Positions 29,177-39,002 of a stretch of 64,000 nt of DNA are shown here, piece by piece. Origin of the DNA: Spirochaetia bacterium (GTDB taxonomy: Bacteria; Spirochaetota; Spirochaetia; UBA9216); assembly GCA_963675665.1 (NCBI GenBank), contig OY776510.1:1824001-1888000 (forward strand), read 5' to 3'. Positions within the stretch are counted from its first letter, which is position 1. Each line of letters begins with the position of its first letter. The notes beneath the pieces are model-generated. The model was not told the origin of the DNA. It saw only the letters and a program-made list of their open reading frames with translations, and ran no database searches. A program made the translations under genes and the position numbers.

Positions 29177-30874
29177 ATGAAAAGATTTTTAGTTTTAACA
29201 ATCATGATCTTCGTTGTTCTTCTGGGGGCATGCGTCACAACCGGTGAGACTTCAAATGTCTCGGCAACGGAGGTGAAAGAGCAGCCGAAAAGCCCTGTTG
29301 CAGAAGTGCCGGAAGCTGTCGGAGGCAGCGGGACACTTGTAATTCTTCACACGAATGATCACCACGGGCACCCTCTCAGTTTTTATAATTACCCGGCGGC
29401 CGGGCAGGGGGGACTTCCTGCACGGGCGACACTTGTCGATGATATCAGAGGGCAATATAAGAATGTGCTTGTTCTTGACGCCGGCGACATAAACACCGGC
29501 AGACCGGAATCAATGTTCTTTGATGCAGAACCGGATATTATCGGATATAACTATATAGGTTATGATGCCGCAGCTTTGGGGAATCATGAATTTGATAAAC
29601 CGCATCAAATTTTAAAAAATCAGATGGCGCTTGCTGAATTTCCTTTTCTGTCTGCAAATGTTAAATATAAAACCGGCGGATATGTAGCGGAACCCTATAT
29701 CATAAAAGAATTCAATGATTTGAAAGTCGGAATCTTTGGATTAACAACAACCGAAATAAACGAAATTGCGGGTGATGTTGACACAATAAAGGATCTTCTG
29801 ATTGAGGATGAGGTGAAAGCCGCTAAAGAAATGGTAGCAATCCTTAAAGACAGGGAGAAGGTTGATGTCATTGTAGCTCTTACACATCTTGGAAATTACA
29901 GCACTGCAGATCTCGGCACACGTTATGTGGCCGCAAATGTTCCTGAAATTGATCTTATAATTGGAGGACATACTCATATGCCTGATATCATGGCAAGCGG
30001 GCATTGGGATATGACGACTCCTTTTGAGGAAAATGGAGTGCCTATTGTGATAACGCAGGAATGGGGCCTTCAGCTTGGAAAGGTTGTTATGGAAATCGAA
30101 GACGGCGAAGTAACTGATCTTAGTTGGGAGATGCTTCCCGTAAATGTTATGACGGGTGGCGGGGACAACGTAACGTACGTCACGGAAAAAATAGAGGAGG
30201 ATCCGGAACTTCTGTCAATACTTCAGCCTTATGCAGATCAGGTGGATGCTGTTCTTTCTGAAGAAATCGGCACGGCAGCTGATGAATTTCCATCGGAAAA
30301 TGTTCGTGTAAGCGAAACTGCTGTAGGTGACCTTGTTGCGGATGCGTTGTTGTGGAAAACAAGAGAGCTGGGCGCGCAATTTGCAATCGTCAATTCGGGC
30401 GGAATACGAAGTCCGATTGCAAAGGGAACAATAACAAAAAAAGATATCTATTCCTGTGTCCCTTATGATAACTCAGTGTTTCTTCTGACTATGAAGGGAA
30501 CGGACGTTCTTGAATTGTTTAATACAATAGGAAAAATCAAACAAGGTAAAGGCGGATTCCCTCAGGTTTCATCGGGAATTTCATTTGTAATTGATGCAGG
30601 CTCAGAAAAAGTAAGTGATATTCTTATAAACGGTAAAGCTGTTGATCCTGAAGGTCTTTACATAATCGCAACTAATTCATTTCTTGCGGGCGGCGGCGAC
30701 GGTTACTCCGTGTTTAAAAATGCTGAAAAAAGATACGACACCTCGGTTTTTCAAAGAGATGTACTGATTGAATATATTCAGTCTTTCGGGAAGCCGGTAG
30801 AACCGAAAACATACGACAGATTCGACGTTATAAACGGAGTTTCCATGATTGAAGAATTCGATGATGCTGCATAA
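29177..30874 (+). CDS. 5'-nucleotidase / UDP-sugar hydrolase lipoprotein
   Basis: LGAC lipobox; HTNDHHG, LDAGD, GNHEFD, GGHTH, NSGGIR, GGDGY. Confidence 0.93.
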   Translation: MKRFLVLTIMIFVVLLGACVTTGETSNVSATEVKEQPKSPVAEVPEAVGGSGTLVILHTNDHHGHPLSFYNYPAAGQGGLPARATLVDDIRGQYKNVLVLDAGDINTGRPESMFFDAEPDIIGYNYIGYDAAALGNHEFDKPHQILKNQMALAEFPFLSANVKYKTGGYVAEPYIIKEFNDLKVGIFGLTTTEINEIAGDVDTIKDLLIEDEVKAAKEMVAILKDREKVDVIVALTHLGNYSTADLGTRYVAANVPEIDLIIGGHTHMPDIMASGHWDMTTPFEENGVPIVITQEWGLQLGKVVMEIEDGEVTDLSWEMLPVNVMTGGGDNVTYVTEKIEEDPELLSILQPYADQVDAVLSEEIGTAADEFPSENVRVSETAVGDLVADALLWKTRELGAQFAIVNSGGIRSPIAKGTITKKDIYSCVPYDNSVFLLTMKGTDVLELFNTIGKIKQGKGGFPQVSSGISFVIDAGSEKVSDILINGKAVDPEGLYIIATNSFLAGGGDGYSVFKNAEKRYDTSVFQRDVLIEYIQSFGKPVEPKTYDRFDVINGVSMIEEFDDAA

Positions 30875-30910
30875 TAGACTGTTATCAGGGATTTTTATTT
30901 AATGAGAAAA

Positions 30911-30938
30911 TACAGCCTGCCTGTCCGGGCAGGCTGTA
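30911..30938. terminator. Hairpin between convergent genes
   Basis: TACAGCCTGCC-TGTCCG-GGCAGGCTGTA. Confidence 0.7.
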
Positions 30939-30953
30939 ATTATATTTGCATTT

Positions 30954-32771
30954 TCAGTCTATCGGAAGTGTGAAACTGAATGTGGAACCTTTGCCGGGTG
31001 TTGATTTTGCATTTATTTTGCCTCCCATCCGTTCGATTATGGAACGTGAAATGGCAAGACCCAGCCCGGTGCCTTTGCTGAAATGATCAATCTGATAGAA
31101 GCGTTCGAATATGTACCCGATTGTTTCGTGCGGAATTCCCTCTCCGGTGTCGGAAACTGAAAACAGTGCGGAATTATTAACCTTTTTACATTTTACTGTT
31201 ATTGTTCCGTGTTCCGTATATTTAAATGCGTTGTTAATAAGATTGATGAAAACCTGTTTAAGTCGTTCCCTATCCGCTTTCAGGAGTATCGGTTTTTCCG
31301 GTTTTTCTACTGTAAATTCGATATCCTCAGATTCAAGATCGGAGTATAGTAATGCTACATCATCCAGAATTGCATATGCATCTATGATTTCCGGTGATAA
31401 TTCCATTGTTCCGGATTCTATTGATGATATGTCCAGAATATCATCAATAATTTTAAGAAGGAGACGGCTGCTCTGGTTGATTATTTTCTTGAATTTTACC
31501 TTCTCTTCTTCTGTAGGATCCAGTGTCAGCAGATCCGAAAAACCCAGAATGGCGTTCAGAGGCGTGCGGATTTCATGGCTCATATTTGCAAGAAATGCAG
31601 ATTTCAGCCGTTCCGATTCTTCCGCCTTGTTGCGGGCATTTCGAAGCTCATCTTCGATAAGTTTATATTCGGTAATATCCTGTGTCCAGCCGAAGAGCCT
31701 GTCGTTTTCATAATAGGCCTCTCCGGAAAGCCATTTGGGAGTACTGTATTTCGAAAGAATCTTATATTCAAATTTTTGACTCGAATTGCCGGTTTCAGAT
31801 GAGAATAATTGTGATATTTGGGTTTCAAGTTCCAATATTACTTCTTCAGACATAAAAGATTTAATGATATCGTCTGTTATCTGAGTATCTTCTTTTATTC
31901 CGTATATTTTATAAACTTCATTCGACCAAATCCAGAGGTTGTTTTTTAAATTCTTTTCCCAGTATCCTATCTTTGCATAACGCATAACTGAGGCAAGAGT
32001 TTTTCTGGTTTTTTCGGTTTCGCTTTCTGCAAGTTTCCTTTCCGTGATGTCTTCAATTAAACAAAGATTAATATTTTTACCGTTGTAGTTTTCAAGATTG
32101 CGGTCAAGAGAAATCCACCGTTCATATCCCGAAGATGTCTGAAATTTTATCTCGTACGTAGCCTTGGACTTGTATGAGTCCGGAATAAAAGGCTCTTCAG
32201 GGAACTCGGGATCCGCAAGTTTAAATATTTCGGCAAGCCCGCAGCTCTCCGGAATTTCATCAGGTTCGATGCATAAGATTTCATATACTTTATCGCTTAT
32301 GTATGAGGTTTTTTGTCCTATTGAAATTATGAAACCCGGAAAAGATGCTTTTATAATGGTATTTGCAACCAAATCTGCTTCAATATTATTTTGTCCGTTT
32401 TTTTTATTCTGTGCCGTACTGCTGTTAATGCAATAGTAATACAGGAGTTTACCTGACTCGTCAAAAATACCTTCGTTATGCCATTCTTCAACCAGAACGG
32501 AACCGTCTTTTAAAATGGCGGGGAAAATGTTGTTGAACGACGGATTTTCAGGATTAATATTACGGATTTTTTTATCTAATTTTATAAAATCTTCATCAGA
32601 AAGCAGAGTCCTGAGTTCAATGGATGTAATGCTGTCGTTCGGAATTCCTGTCAGTCTGGAAAAAGCCCTGTTGGCCATTATAATATGTAAATCTGCACCA
32701 AGCAGGAAAAAAGGATCTGAAGTTTGATTGATAATTTTATAGAAAATATCAGACTGCAGAACAGGTTTCAT
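30954..32771 (-). CDS. Soluble PAS-domain sensor histidine kinase
   Basis: PAS/PAC ends (EDITERK, QDITEYK); H-box FLANMSHEIRTPLN, N-box NLINNAFKYT, DTGEG, GTGLGL. Confidence 0.93.
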   Translation of the reverse strand: MKPVLQSDIFYKIINQTSDPFFLLGADLHIIMANRAFSRLTGIPNDSITSIELRTLLSDEDFIKLDKKIRNINPENPSFNNIFPAILKDGSVLVEEWHNEGIFDESGKLLYYYCINSSTAQNKKNGQNNIEADLVANTIIKASFPGFIISIGQKTSYISDKVYEILCIEPDEIPESCGLAEIFKLADPEFPEEPFIPDSYKSKATYEIKFQTSSGYERWISLDRNLENYNGKNINLCLIEDITERKLAESETEKTRKTLASVMRYAKIGYWEKNLKNNLWIWSNEVYKIYGIKEDTQITDDIIKSFMSEEVILELETQISQLFSSETGNSSQKFEYKILSKYSTPKWLSGEAYYENDRLFGWTQDITEYKLIEDELRNARNKAEESERLKSAFLANMSHEIRTPLNAILGFSDLLTLDPTEEEKVKFKKIINQSSRLLLKIIDDILDISSIESGTMELSPEIIDAYAILDDVALLYSDLESEDIEFTVEKPEKPILLKADRERLKQVFINLINNAFKYTEHGTITVKCKKVNNSALFSVSDTGEGIPHETIGYIFERFYQIDHFSKGTGLGLAISRSIIERMGGKINAKSTPGKGSTFSFTLPID

Positions 32772-32848
32772 ACATTAATTATTATAATTGAAATACGATT
32801 TCAATACAAATATTAATAATTAGAAAATTTTATGGTGTAAAATACTTA

Positions 32849-33556
32849 TCATTGTCCCGGCCGGCAGTTGCCGTTCTTTATGGCATTTCTTATCGAGTTG
32901 AAACTAACGGAATCAGCTTCATAAACTGTATATCTGCAGCCTATATCATCCGGGTAATGGGCATCGGAATTCTGAATCAGGGTATGTTCCGCTGTTTCAA
33001 CAGGGCAAGGCAGGGTGACTGTTTCAAGGGCGCTGTAGTGAATCGGAGGAAGAAAGCCGAGCTGTGAAGGAATGCTGAAAACCGGTTTGTCGATATGAGC
33101 GGGAATAAATAAACCGTCGTCTTCGGTGACCAACTTAAAAAGATCATCAATCGATATTTCGGCAGCGCTTACAAGGTACTTTTCAACTTCGCCGATTATG
33201 TTCTCATTCTCATCGACATAAACCTGGTCGCCGAATTTTTCCGGTTTGTTGGGAATATCGGGCAGCCTTTCGTAGATGATGCTTCCGAGTTTTTCGGCCT
33301 GTTCTGCTGTCTCAAAAAGGCAGAGTATGTGGGCTTCCTCTATGCTCGTTACTTCAATGCCGTATAGGGGGAGTATCCCGAATTCTCGGCAGCAGGAGCC
33401 GAAAGCCCTGCAGTTCAAAGCGGAATTGTGATCCGTAATTGCCGCGGCATCAATTTTGAGTTCAGCAAGTTTTTCAGCAATGGCTGCCGGAGACATCTCC
33501 AGGCTGCCGCAGGGGCTGAGGCAGGAATGTATGTGAAAGTCGGCTTTTATCAGCAA
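32849..33556 (-). CDS. PHP-domain phosphoesterase
   Basis: DFHIHSCLSPC, ITDHN, EEAH, PAH, SDAH. Confidence 0.88.
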   Translation of the reverse strand: MLIKADFHIHSCLSPCGSLEMSPAAIAEKLAELKIDAAAITDHNSALNCRAFGSCCREFGILPLYGIEVTSIEEAHILCLFETAEQAEKLGSIIYERLPDIPNKPEKFGDQVYVDENENIIGEVEKYLVSAAEISIDDLFKLVTEDDGLFIPAHIDKPVFSIPSQLGFLPPIHYSALETVTLPCPVETAEHTLIQNSDAHYPDDIGCRYTVYEADSVSFNSIRNAIKNGNCRPGQ

Positions 33557-33882
33557 AGCTCAAGTGCACGGGCGACTGCAAGTGAGGCTTCAAATTGATT
33601 CAGTTCAGTTTTCAGTATGGCTATGTTTTCATTTTCAGCTGCCGGTATCATATCTTCAGGGGCTGTACGGTTGTTGCAGAGAACAATCGCATTAATTCCG
33701 GCAAGAGATGATACAGCTACAGTATTTTTATGCGCCTGTATGGTAATCAGTACCGAATCTTCAGGAGCGTTACCCATCACATCGGAAAGAAGATCCGAGG
33801 TATAGGCTGCAACGATTTCCTTGTCCGGACATTTTGTCAGTAATTCAAAACCGAGCTTTTCTTTTAGATTCATTATTTTCAT
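33550..33882 (-). CDS. DRTGG-domain protein
   Basis: SDLLSDVMG, ITIQAH motifs. Confidence 0.8.
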   Translation of the reverse strand: MKIMNLKEKLGFELLTKCPDKEIVAAYTSDLLSDVMGNAPEDSVLITIQAHKNTVAVSSLAGINAIVLCNNRTAPEDMIPAAENENIAILKTELNQFEASLAVARALELC

Positions 33883-33890
33883 ACGGTATT

Positions 33891-34841
33891 TTATATTTTT
33901 TTAGGTTGATTGTCGAGTGAACCTGTATTGGCAGGCAGGTTTATAACAACCCTTATTTCAGTTCCGGATTCTGATGAGTTTATCACAAACTCATCAGATA
34001 CGCGTTTAATATTGGGCAGGCCCATTCCTGCGCCGAACCCCATCGAACGGATCCAGTCGGTTGCCGTAGAATAACCTTCGCTTAAAGCCAGATCGACATC
34101 AACTATTCCCGGACCGCGGTCGCGTGCAAGAATCTCAACATATTCATCTGAAATTCTGCAAAGAATTTCACCCCCGAGAGAATGAACAACCTGGTTGATT
34201 TCAAGTTCATATATAGCTGTAGCAACAGATCTGATGGTTTTTCGATCAACTTCATGTTCCCGTAAAATGGATTTTATTTCACTGGCGGCCTTTCCGGCGT
34301 TCTTGAAATCATTTTGAACAACTGCGTACCGCCTTATAATATTTCCTATTTCCGTATGGGCGCCGTCTCTGGCCAGCTCTTCAAGTCTCTGGATTTCACG
34401 ATTCATTACATTGATCATGTGCATAATAATATCGCGCCCGGTCAGCATACCGACAAGTTCCTTGTTTTCGTTTAAAACCGGAAAACGGTTGAAGCTGTAG
34501 TTTTCAAAATAATCGATCGCAAAACTGACCGGCATTTGCTCTTCGATAATAACCGGATTGCGCGACATATGTTTTTCAACAGTATCTTCCATATGACCTG
34601 CTTCAAGCGCATTCAGCAGATCCTCTACACTGATTATGCCTATAAGCCGCTTGTTCTGAACCACCGGCATTCCGCTGATTCCCCGTTCTTTCATCATTGT
34701 TTTTACTTCACGCATTGTGACATCAGGTGTTACGCTGATTACGTTTCGAGACATTATTTCGGATATTTTATGACCCTGAATCAGTTCGAGAACAATCAGC
34801 GGTTTCTGATTTTCATATACGGGAATGAATTTCTTAATCAT
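33891..34841 (-). CDS. CBS-pair plus anti-sigma/Ser-Thr-kinase-type HATPase fusion
   Basis: CBS motifs ISGMPVV/GIIS and FPVL/GMLT; C-terminal YELEIN, DRGPGI, GYSTA, GFGAGMGLPNI. Confidence 0.85.
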   Translation of the reverse strand: MIKKFIPVYENQKPLIVLELIQGHKISEIMSRNVISVTPDVTMREVKTMMKERGISGMPVVQNKRLIGIISVEDLLNALEAGHMEDTVEKHMSRNPVIIEEQMPVSFAIDYFENYSFNRFPVLNENKELVGMLTGRDIIMHMINVMNREIQRLEELARDGAHTEIGNIIRRYAVVQNDFKNAGKAASEIKSILREHEVDRKTIRSVATAIYELEINQVVHSLGGEILCRISDEYVEILARDRGPGIVDVDLALSEGYSTATDWIRSMGFGAGMGLPNIKRVSDEFVINSSESGTEIRVVINLPANTGSLDNQPKKI

Positions 34842-35199
34842 GGTCTCCGTTCAGCAGGGAATGCACTAAAAAGCAGGATTTATACATGGTTAATTCTGTT
34901 GATAAAAGTGTAATGTCAAACTCTTTGGCAAGTTTAATCATCCCCGGTTGAGGTTTTTTTCCGTTTATAAGCAGAATTCCGAGAGCGTCTACAATATTGG
35001 CTGTTCGGATAGTTTGTTCCGTGTTTAGAGCTGTTATTAAAAGAAGGTTTTCTTCTTCCGCTACAAGAACTTCGCTCATCAGGTCGCTTGCGGCAACATG
35101 CTCAACTGATGATGTGGAGTAGTTGCTGCTTATGTTGAATTCTCTGCATGAAAGCGCGCCGGCGATATGTTCAATAGTTATCATAAATCCATTTTCCAT
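34834..35199 (-). CDS. DRTGG-domain protein
   Basis: ASDLMSEVL, LLITAL, IRTA, GKKP motifs. Confidence 0.8.
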   Translation of the reverse strand: MENGFMITIEHIAGALSCREFNISSNYSTSSVEHVAASDLMSEVLVAEEENLLLITALNTEQTIRTANIVDALGILLINGKKPQPGMIKLAKEFDITLLSTELTMYKSCFLVHSLLNGDHD

Positions 35200-35358
35200 T
35201 ATTTGAGGATTGAGGTCAACTATCGTTTGGATGTTGTTGTTTTAACAGCAGTTACAGCTTTGCGGAAAAACTCTTTTGTAATAGCCGTATATGAGTTATA
35301 ATTATTTTATAGATACAAATGTATCTTTAAATTTCTTTTCAACAAACAGGAGCAATCA

Positions 35359-36324
35359 ATGAAACGTTTTTTTTGCTCCGTCATCATCTTTTCTGTTCTG
35401 ACAATGTCTCTTATGGCGGAAAAACCGGTTACAACCGTACTTGACTTTCAAACGAACGGTATATCTGAAAATGATATGAAATCAATAATTTCCTTTCTGT
35501 CTGCCGAACTTTTTGCTACGGGAAAATACAGGGTTATCGATACTGCTCAGCGTGAGACCATACTACATGAGCTTGAGTTCTCGGCTTCCGGCTGTACCGA
35601 TGAAAGCTGCCAGCTTGAAATAGGCAAACTGCTTTCGGCCGAGTATATTGTAGTCGGTGATATTGCGGTTGTAGGTACCCGTTATATACTTTCCGCCAGA
35701 ATTCTTGAAACTGAAACCTCCGAAACAACCGGAATAGCCAGGGGCGTCTATAAGAACTTTGATGAGCTTGTGGATGATATGTCTTTATTCGCCGCCGGGC
35801 TTTCGGAAAACAGTGAAACAGTTTCTGCTGAACCGGGGCTCGATGCTGCTGTAGAGCCTGAACCTGCCGGGACCGTAGAGCCTGCGGTTTTAACGGAAGA
35901 AGAACCGGTAGCCGAAAAAACCGCGGCAATACCTTCAGGCAGGCGGACAGTCTGGGCCTGGTCGACTATGGGCGTCGGCGTTGCTGCAGCGGGACTCGGC
36001 GGGTATTTAATGTATTCAGCATTCAGTTATAAAACGTCAACAGTAGATCCTGCCTATACCGCTTACATTGAAGCGGAATCAGATACTTTTGAAACCTCGG
36101 CAATAGATTATTATAACGATTTTTGGACAGCCTACGATTCCGCATACAGCAAGTTTGCAGGAAAGCTTATTCTTTCATCAGTACTTTCCGGTGTCGGGCT
36201 GGTATCTGTCGGAGTATCGGTCTATTTATTTTTAACCGATGCAAAAGATGACGATCCGGAAATATCATTATTATTTCTGCCTGCAAATGACGCGGCAACG
36301 GTTTCGTTCAGGATAAGGAAGTAG
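35359..36324 (+). CDS. Secreted protein with CsgG/HfaB-like N-terminal domain and C-terminal hydrophobic hairpin
   Basis: Signal peptide; TVLDF...TGKYRVID..QR..IL.E..FS.SGC.DESC..EIGKLL.A..IVVG pattern; paralog of 62680. Confidence 0.65.
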   Translation: MKRFFCSVIIFSVLTMSLMAEKPVTTVLDFQTNGISENDMKSIISFLSAELFATGKYRVIDTAQRETILHELEFSASGCTDESCQLEIGKLLSAEYIVVGDIAVVGTRYILSARILETETSETTGIARGVYKNFDELVDDMSLFAAGLSENSETVSAEPGLDAAVEPEPAGTVEPAVLTEEEPVAEKTAAIPSGRRTVWAWSTMGVGVAAAGLGGYLMYSAFSYKTSTVDPAYTAYIEAESDTFETSAIDYYNDFWTAYDSAYSKFAGKLILSSVLSGVGLVSVGVSVYLFLTDAKDDDPEISLLFLPANDAATVSFRIRK

Positions 36325-36333
36325 GTGGTTATT

Positions 36334-38091
36334 ATGAAATTAGTCAAAAGTATTATAATAGTTTCTGCTGCCGTACAGCTGATTTTTTTCGGCTGTAAAC
36401 TGCCGCGTGATAATATAAATGATCCCCTTTCTCCCGCCAATGATGATGGTAAATCTCCGGCAATAGTAAGCATAACCCCGGCCGGCGGTGCCGCCGATGT
36501 CAGCTCGGATACGTCCATCGTTGTGACCTTTTCCGAAACTATGGATAGAACTTCAGTTGAAGCTGCATTCAGCCTGGCAGGTACTGGTTCCGTCAGCGGA
36601 ACATTCAGCTGGGCAGTTGCTGATACTGTTATGACATTTACGCCTGATGATCTGCTTGCATACTATCAAAACCATTCAGTAGTCATCAGCTCGGACTCAG
36701 CTGATGCGTTCGGCAACAAGCTGGCTACGGACTGGTCAGGCGATTTTACAAGCAGCGGGGCTGCCGGAAGGCTTGATACGGACTTTAACGGACAGGGATA
36801 TGTACTACATCACAATGCGGCCGGCGGAAACGGTACCGATTCGGGAAACGATATTGTAATAGATAATAACGGGAAACTTGTTATAACCGGTCACAGCGAC
36901 AATGCCGCGGGGAATAAGGACATGGTCATCTGGCGATATAACAGCAACGGGAGTCTCGATACTACATTCAATTCTCCGAACGGCTATGTAGTTCATGACA
37001 ATGCTGCAGGCGGCGGGGGTGATGATTATGGCAACGGGATTGCGATAGATACCGACGGCAATATTGTCGTATGCGGCTACAGTTTTAATGCCTCCGGCGA
37101 TGAGGATATGGTGATTTGGCGGTATAACAGCAGCGGGAGCCTCGATACAACATTCAATTCTCCGAACGGCTATGCAGTTCACGGTAATGCAGCGGGGGGC
37201 AACGGAGCGGATATAGGCAATGATATTGCTGCAAATAACACTGGTAAGATTATCGTTACGGGAGAAAGCATGAATGATACCCCCGGTGTTTTCAGAGATA
37301 TGGTAATCTGGCAGTATAACAGCGATGGAACTCTTGATACAGGCGGGTTTAACTCTCCGGAAGGTTATACATTATTTAACAGTGTTGGAGGAGCCGGCGG
37401 GAGCGGTGAATACCGGGACTATGGATACGATATCACACTGAGCAGCAGCGGCAAAATCCTTGTGGCAGGAAAAAATTACACTTATGTCCCCGATCCGGAT
37501 GAAGAGGACATGATGCTTTGGAGGTACGACACCGACGGAGGTCTTGATGATTCCTTCAACGGTCAGGGCTGGGCAACGCACGACAATGCAGCCGGCGGAA
37601 ACGGGTTTGATTTGGCCTACGGAGTAGCGATTGACCGTGACAGCAGGATTCTTGTAACCGGTAACAGCCACAGCGGCGCAAGCTATGATATGGCGACCTG
37701 GCGCTACAACAGTAACGGGACAATTGATACGACATTTAACGGACAGGGCTGGGTAACTCACCATGATGCAGCCGGCGGAAACGGTTATGACACCGGTGGA
37801 ATTGTATCTGATGATTCAGGTGGAAAGATAGTGGTGGCAGGTAAAAGCATCAGTGAGGATTATGATGAGGATATCGCGATCTGGCGATATAATCACGACG
37901 GAAGCCTTGATACCAGCTTCGGCGCTGTTGATAATAAATGCGGGTGGGTAACTCACAACTCCGCCGCCGGAGGAAATTCTTCTGAGTCAGCTAATGGTAT
38001 GGTATTCGATTCCGATGGGAAAATCGTCCTTGTCGGCAGCAGTAAAAATGCCTCAGGCAATTCCGATATGGTGATCTGGCGGTATGAATAG
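36334..38091 (+). CDS. Lipoprotein with SbsA/Big_5-type Ig domain and about 7 delta-60-like repeats (beta-propeller)
   Basis: FFGC lipobox; IVVTFSETMD; repeats DMVIWRYNxxGxLDTTFNxxGY...AAGG of about 62 aa. Confidence 0.8.
   Translation: MKLVKSIIIVSAAVQLIFFGCKLPRDNINDPLSPANDDGKSPAIVSITPAGGAADVSSDTSIVVTFSETMDRTSVEAAFSLAGTGSVSGTFSWAVADTVMTFTPDDLLAYYQNHSVVISSDSADAFGNKLATDWSGDFTSSGAAGRLDTDFNGQGYVLHHNAAGGNGTDSGNDIVIDNNGKLVITGHSDNAAGNKDMVIWRYNSNGSLDTTFNSPNGYVVHDNAAGGGGDDYGNGIAIDTDGNIVVCGYSFNASGDEDMVIWRYNSSGSLDTTFNSPNGYAVHGNAAGGNGADIGNDIAANNTGKIIVTGESMNDTPGVFRDMVIWQYNSDGTLDTGGFNSPEGYTLFNSVGGAGGSGEYRDYGYDITLSSSGKILVAGKNYTYVPDPDEEDMMLWRYDTDGGLDDSFNGQGWATHDNAAGGNGFDLAYGVAIDRDSRILVTGNSHSGASYDMATWRYNSNGTIDTTFNGQGWVTHHDAAGGNGYDTGGIVSDDSGGKIVVAGKSISEDYDEDIAIWRYNHDGSLDTSFGAVDNKCGWVTHNSAAGGNSSESANGMVFDSDGKIVLVGSSKNASGNSDMVIWRYE
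36922..37200 (+). repeat. Intragenic tandem repeat with 186-bp period
   Basis: ATGGTCATCTGGCG...CATTCAATTCTCCGAACGGCTATG recurs nearly identically at 36922 and 37108. Confidence 0.8.
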
Positions 38092-38165
38092 AAAATAAAC
38101 GGATTGGTAAAAATTGTATCAACTTTTCAGGTCTGTATCTGTTTAAATTATATAGAGGAATTATT

Positions 38166-38933
38166 ATGACCAAAATGATTGTAGCCTTTCTGAGCGTTTT
38201 TATTCTCGTTATCGCCGTGCTTATTACAGTTTTTCATATAACGGGCAATATGAGTATTTTTTTCATATCGACCTGGGTTCCGACACTCTCCGCGGTAATT
38301 GCCTTGCTTGTAATCCGGCAGAGTGCAGAGCTTAAGACGCTTTTAAGCTCAATTCGTTTTAATGCAGGGCTGCTGCGTGTGCTTCCGATGCTGCTTTTGA
38401 CCGCCGCCCTGATAATTGCCGCTCTTATTGTGTTTGTAAAGGGCTATGGGCTGAAAACACCGTACAGTCTGCAGCAGGCGCTTTTAAATATTCCGATGAT
38501 GCTTTTTACCGGGGCGCTGGGCGAAGAGCTCGGCTGGCGCGGGGTTTTTCTTAAGCAGCTGCTTAAAAAGACCTACTTTATTTTAGCGGCTGCCGTGATG
38601 GGCGCGCTCTGGGCCGCTTCGCATCTGCCGCTCTGGCTGATGCCGGAGCTTGAGTCAATGGGATATGCCGGCAACCCCTTTCTGCTGTTTACGGCGGCGC
38701 TGATCGGAGGCTCGTTTATCTACACATGGGTATACATCTACAGCGGAGGAAATCTGCTTTCCTGCATCATTCTTCATTTTATCCAGAACTATCTTCTTGC
38801 ATTCACAATCAATCTGAATACTGAGCCTTCGAATTTCTTTGCCGTATATACGGTAATTAACCTTGTTCTGGCAATTATTATCGTCGCTAACCGGAGGAAA
38901 GTGGAAGAGAAAAAACTGGATCTTTTCGGATGA
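38166..38933 (+). CDS. CPBP (Abi/CAAX) intramembrane glutamic protease
   Basis: EELGWRG, WAASH, HFIQN motifs; multiple TM helices. Confidence 0.88.
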   Translation: MTKMIVAFLSVFILVIAVLITVFHITGNMSIFFISTWVPTLSAVIALLVIRQSAELKTLLSSIRFNAGLLRVLPMLLLTAALIIAALIVFVKGYGLKTPYSLQQALLNIPMMLFTGALGEELGWRGVFLKQLLKKTYFILAAAVMGALWAASHLPLWLMPELESMGYAGNPFLLFTAALIGGSFIYTWVYIYSGGNLLSCIILHFIQNYLLAFTINLNTEPSNFFAVYTVINLVLAIIIVANRRKVEEKKLDLFG

Positions 38934-39002
38934 ACAGTCTCAATCTAAATATGTTTTATTATATGTTTGACATTACAGGCAAAATCATTAAATATAATAA
39001 GT

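Noticed and set aside
35225-35260. TGTTGTT..AACAGCA upstream of the DRTGG operon as a Rex box
   Set aside because: Half-site spacing does not fit the 18-bp Rex consensus.
36780-38091. Repeats that might suggest a CRISPR array or DGR
   Set aside because: They are in-frame protein repeats with synonymous variation; no spacers, cas genes or reverse transcriptase are present.
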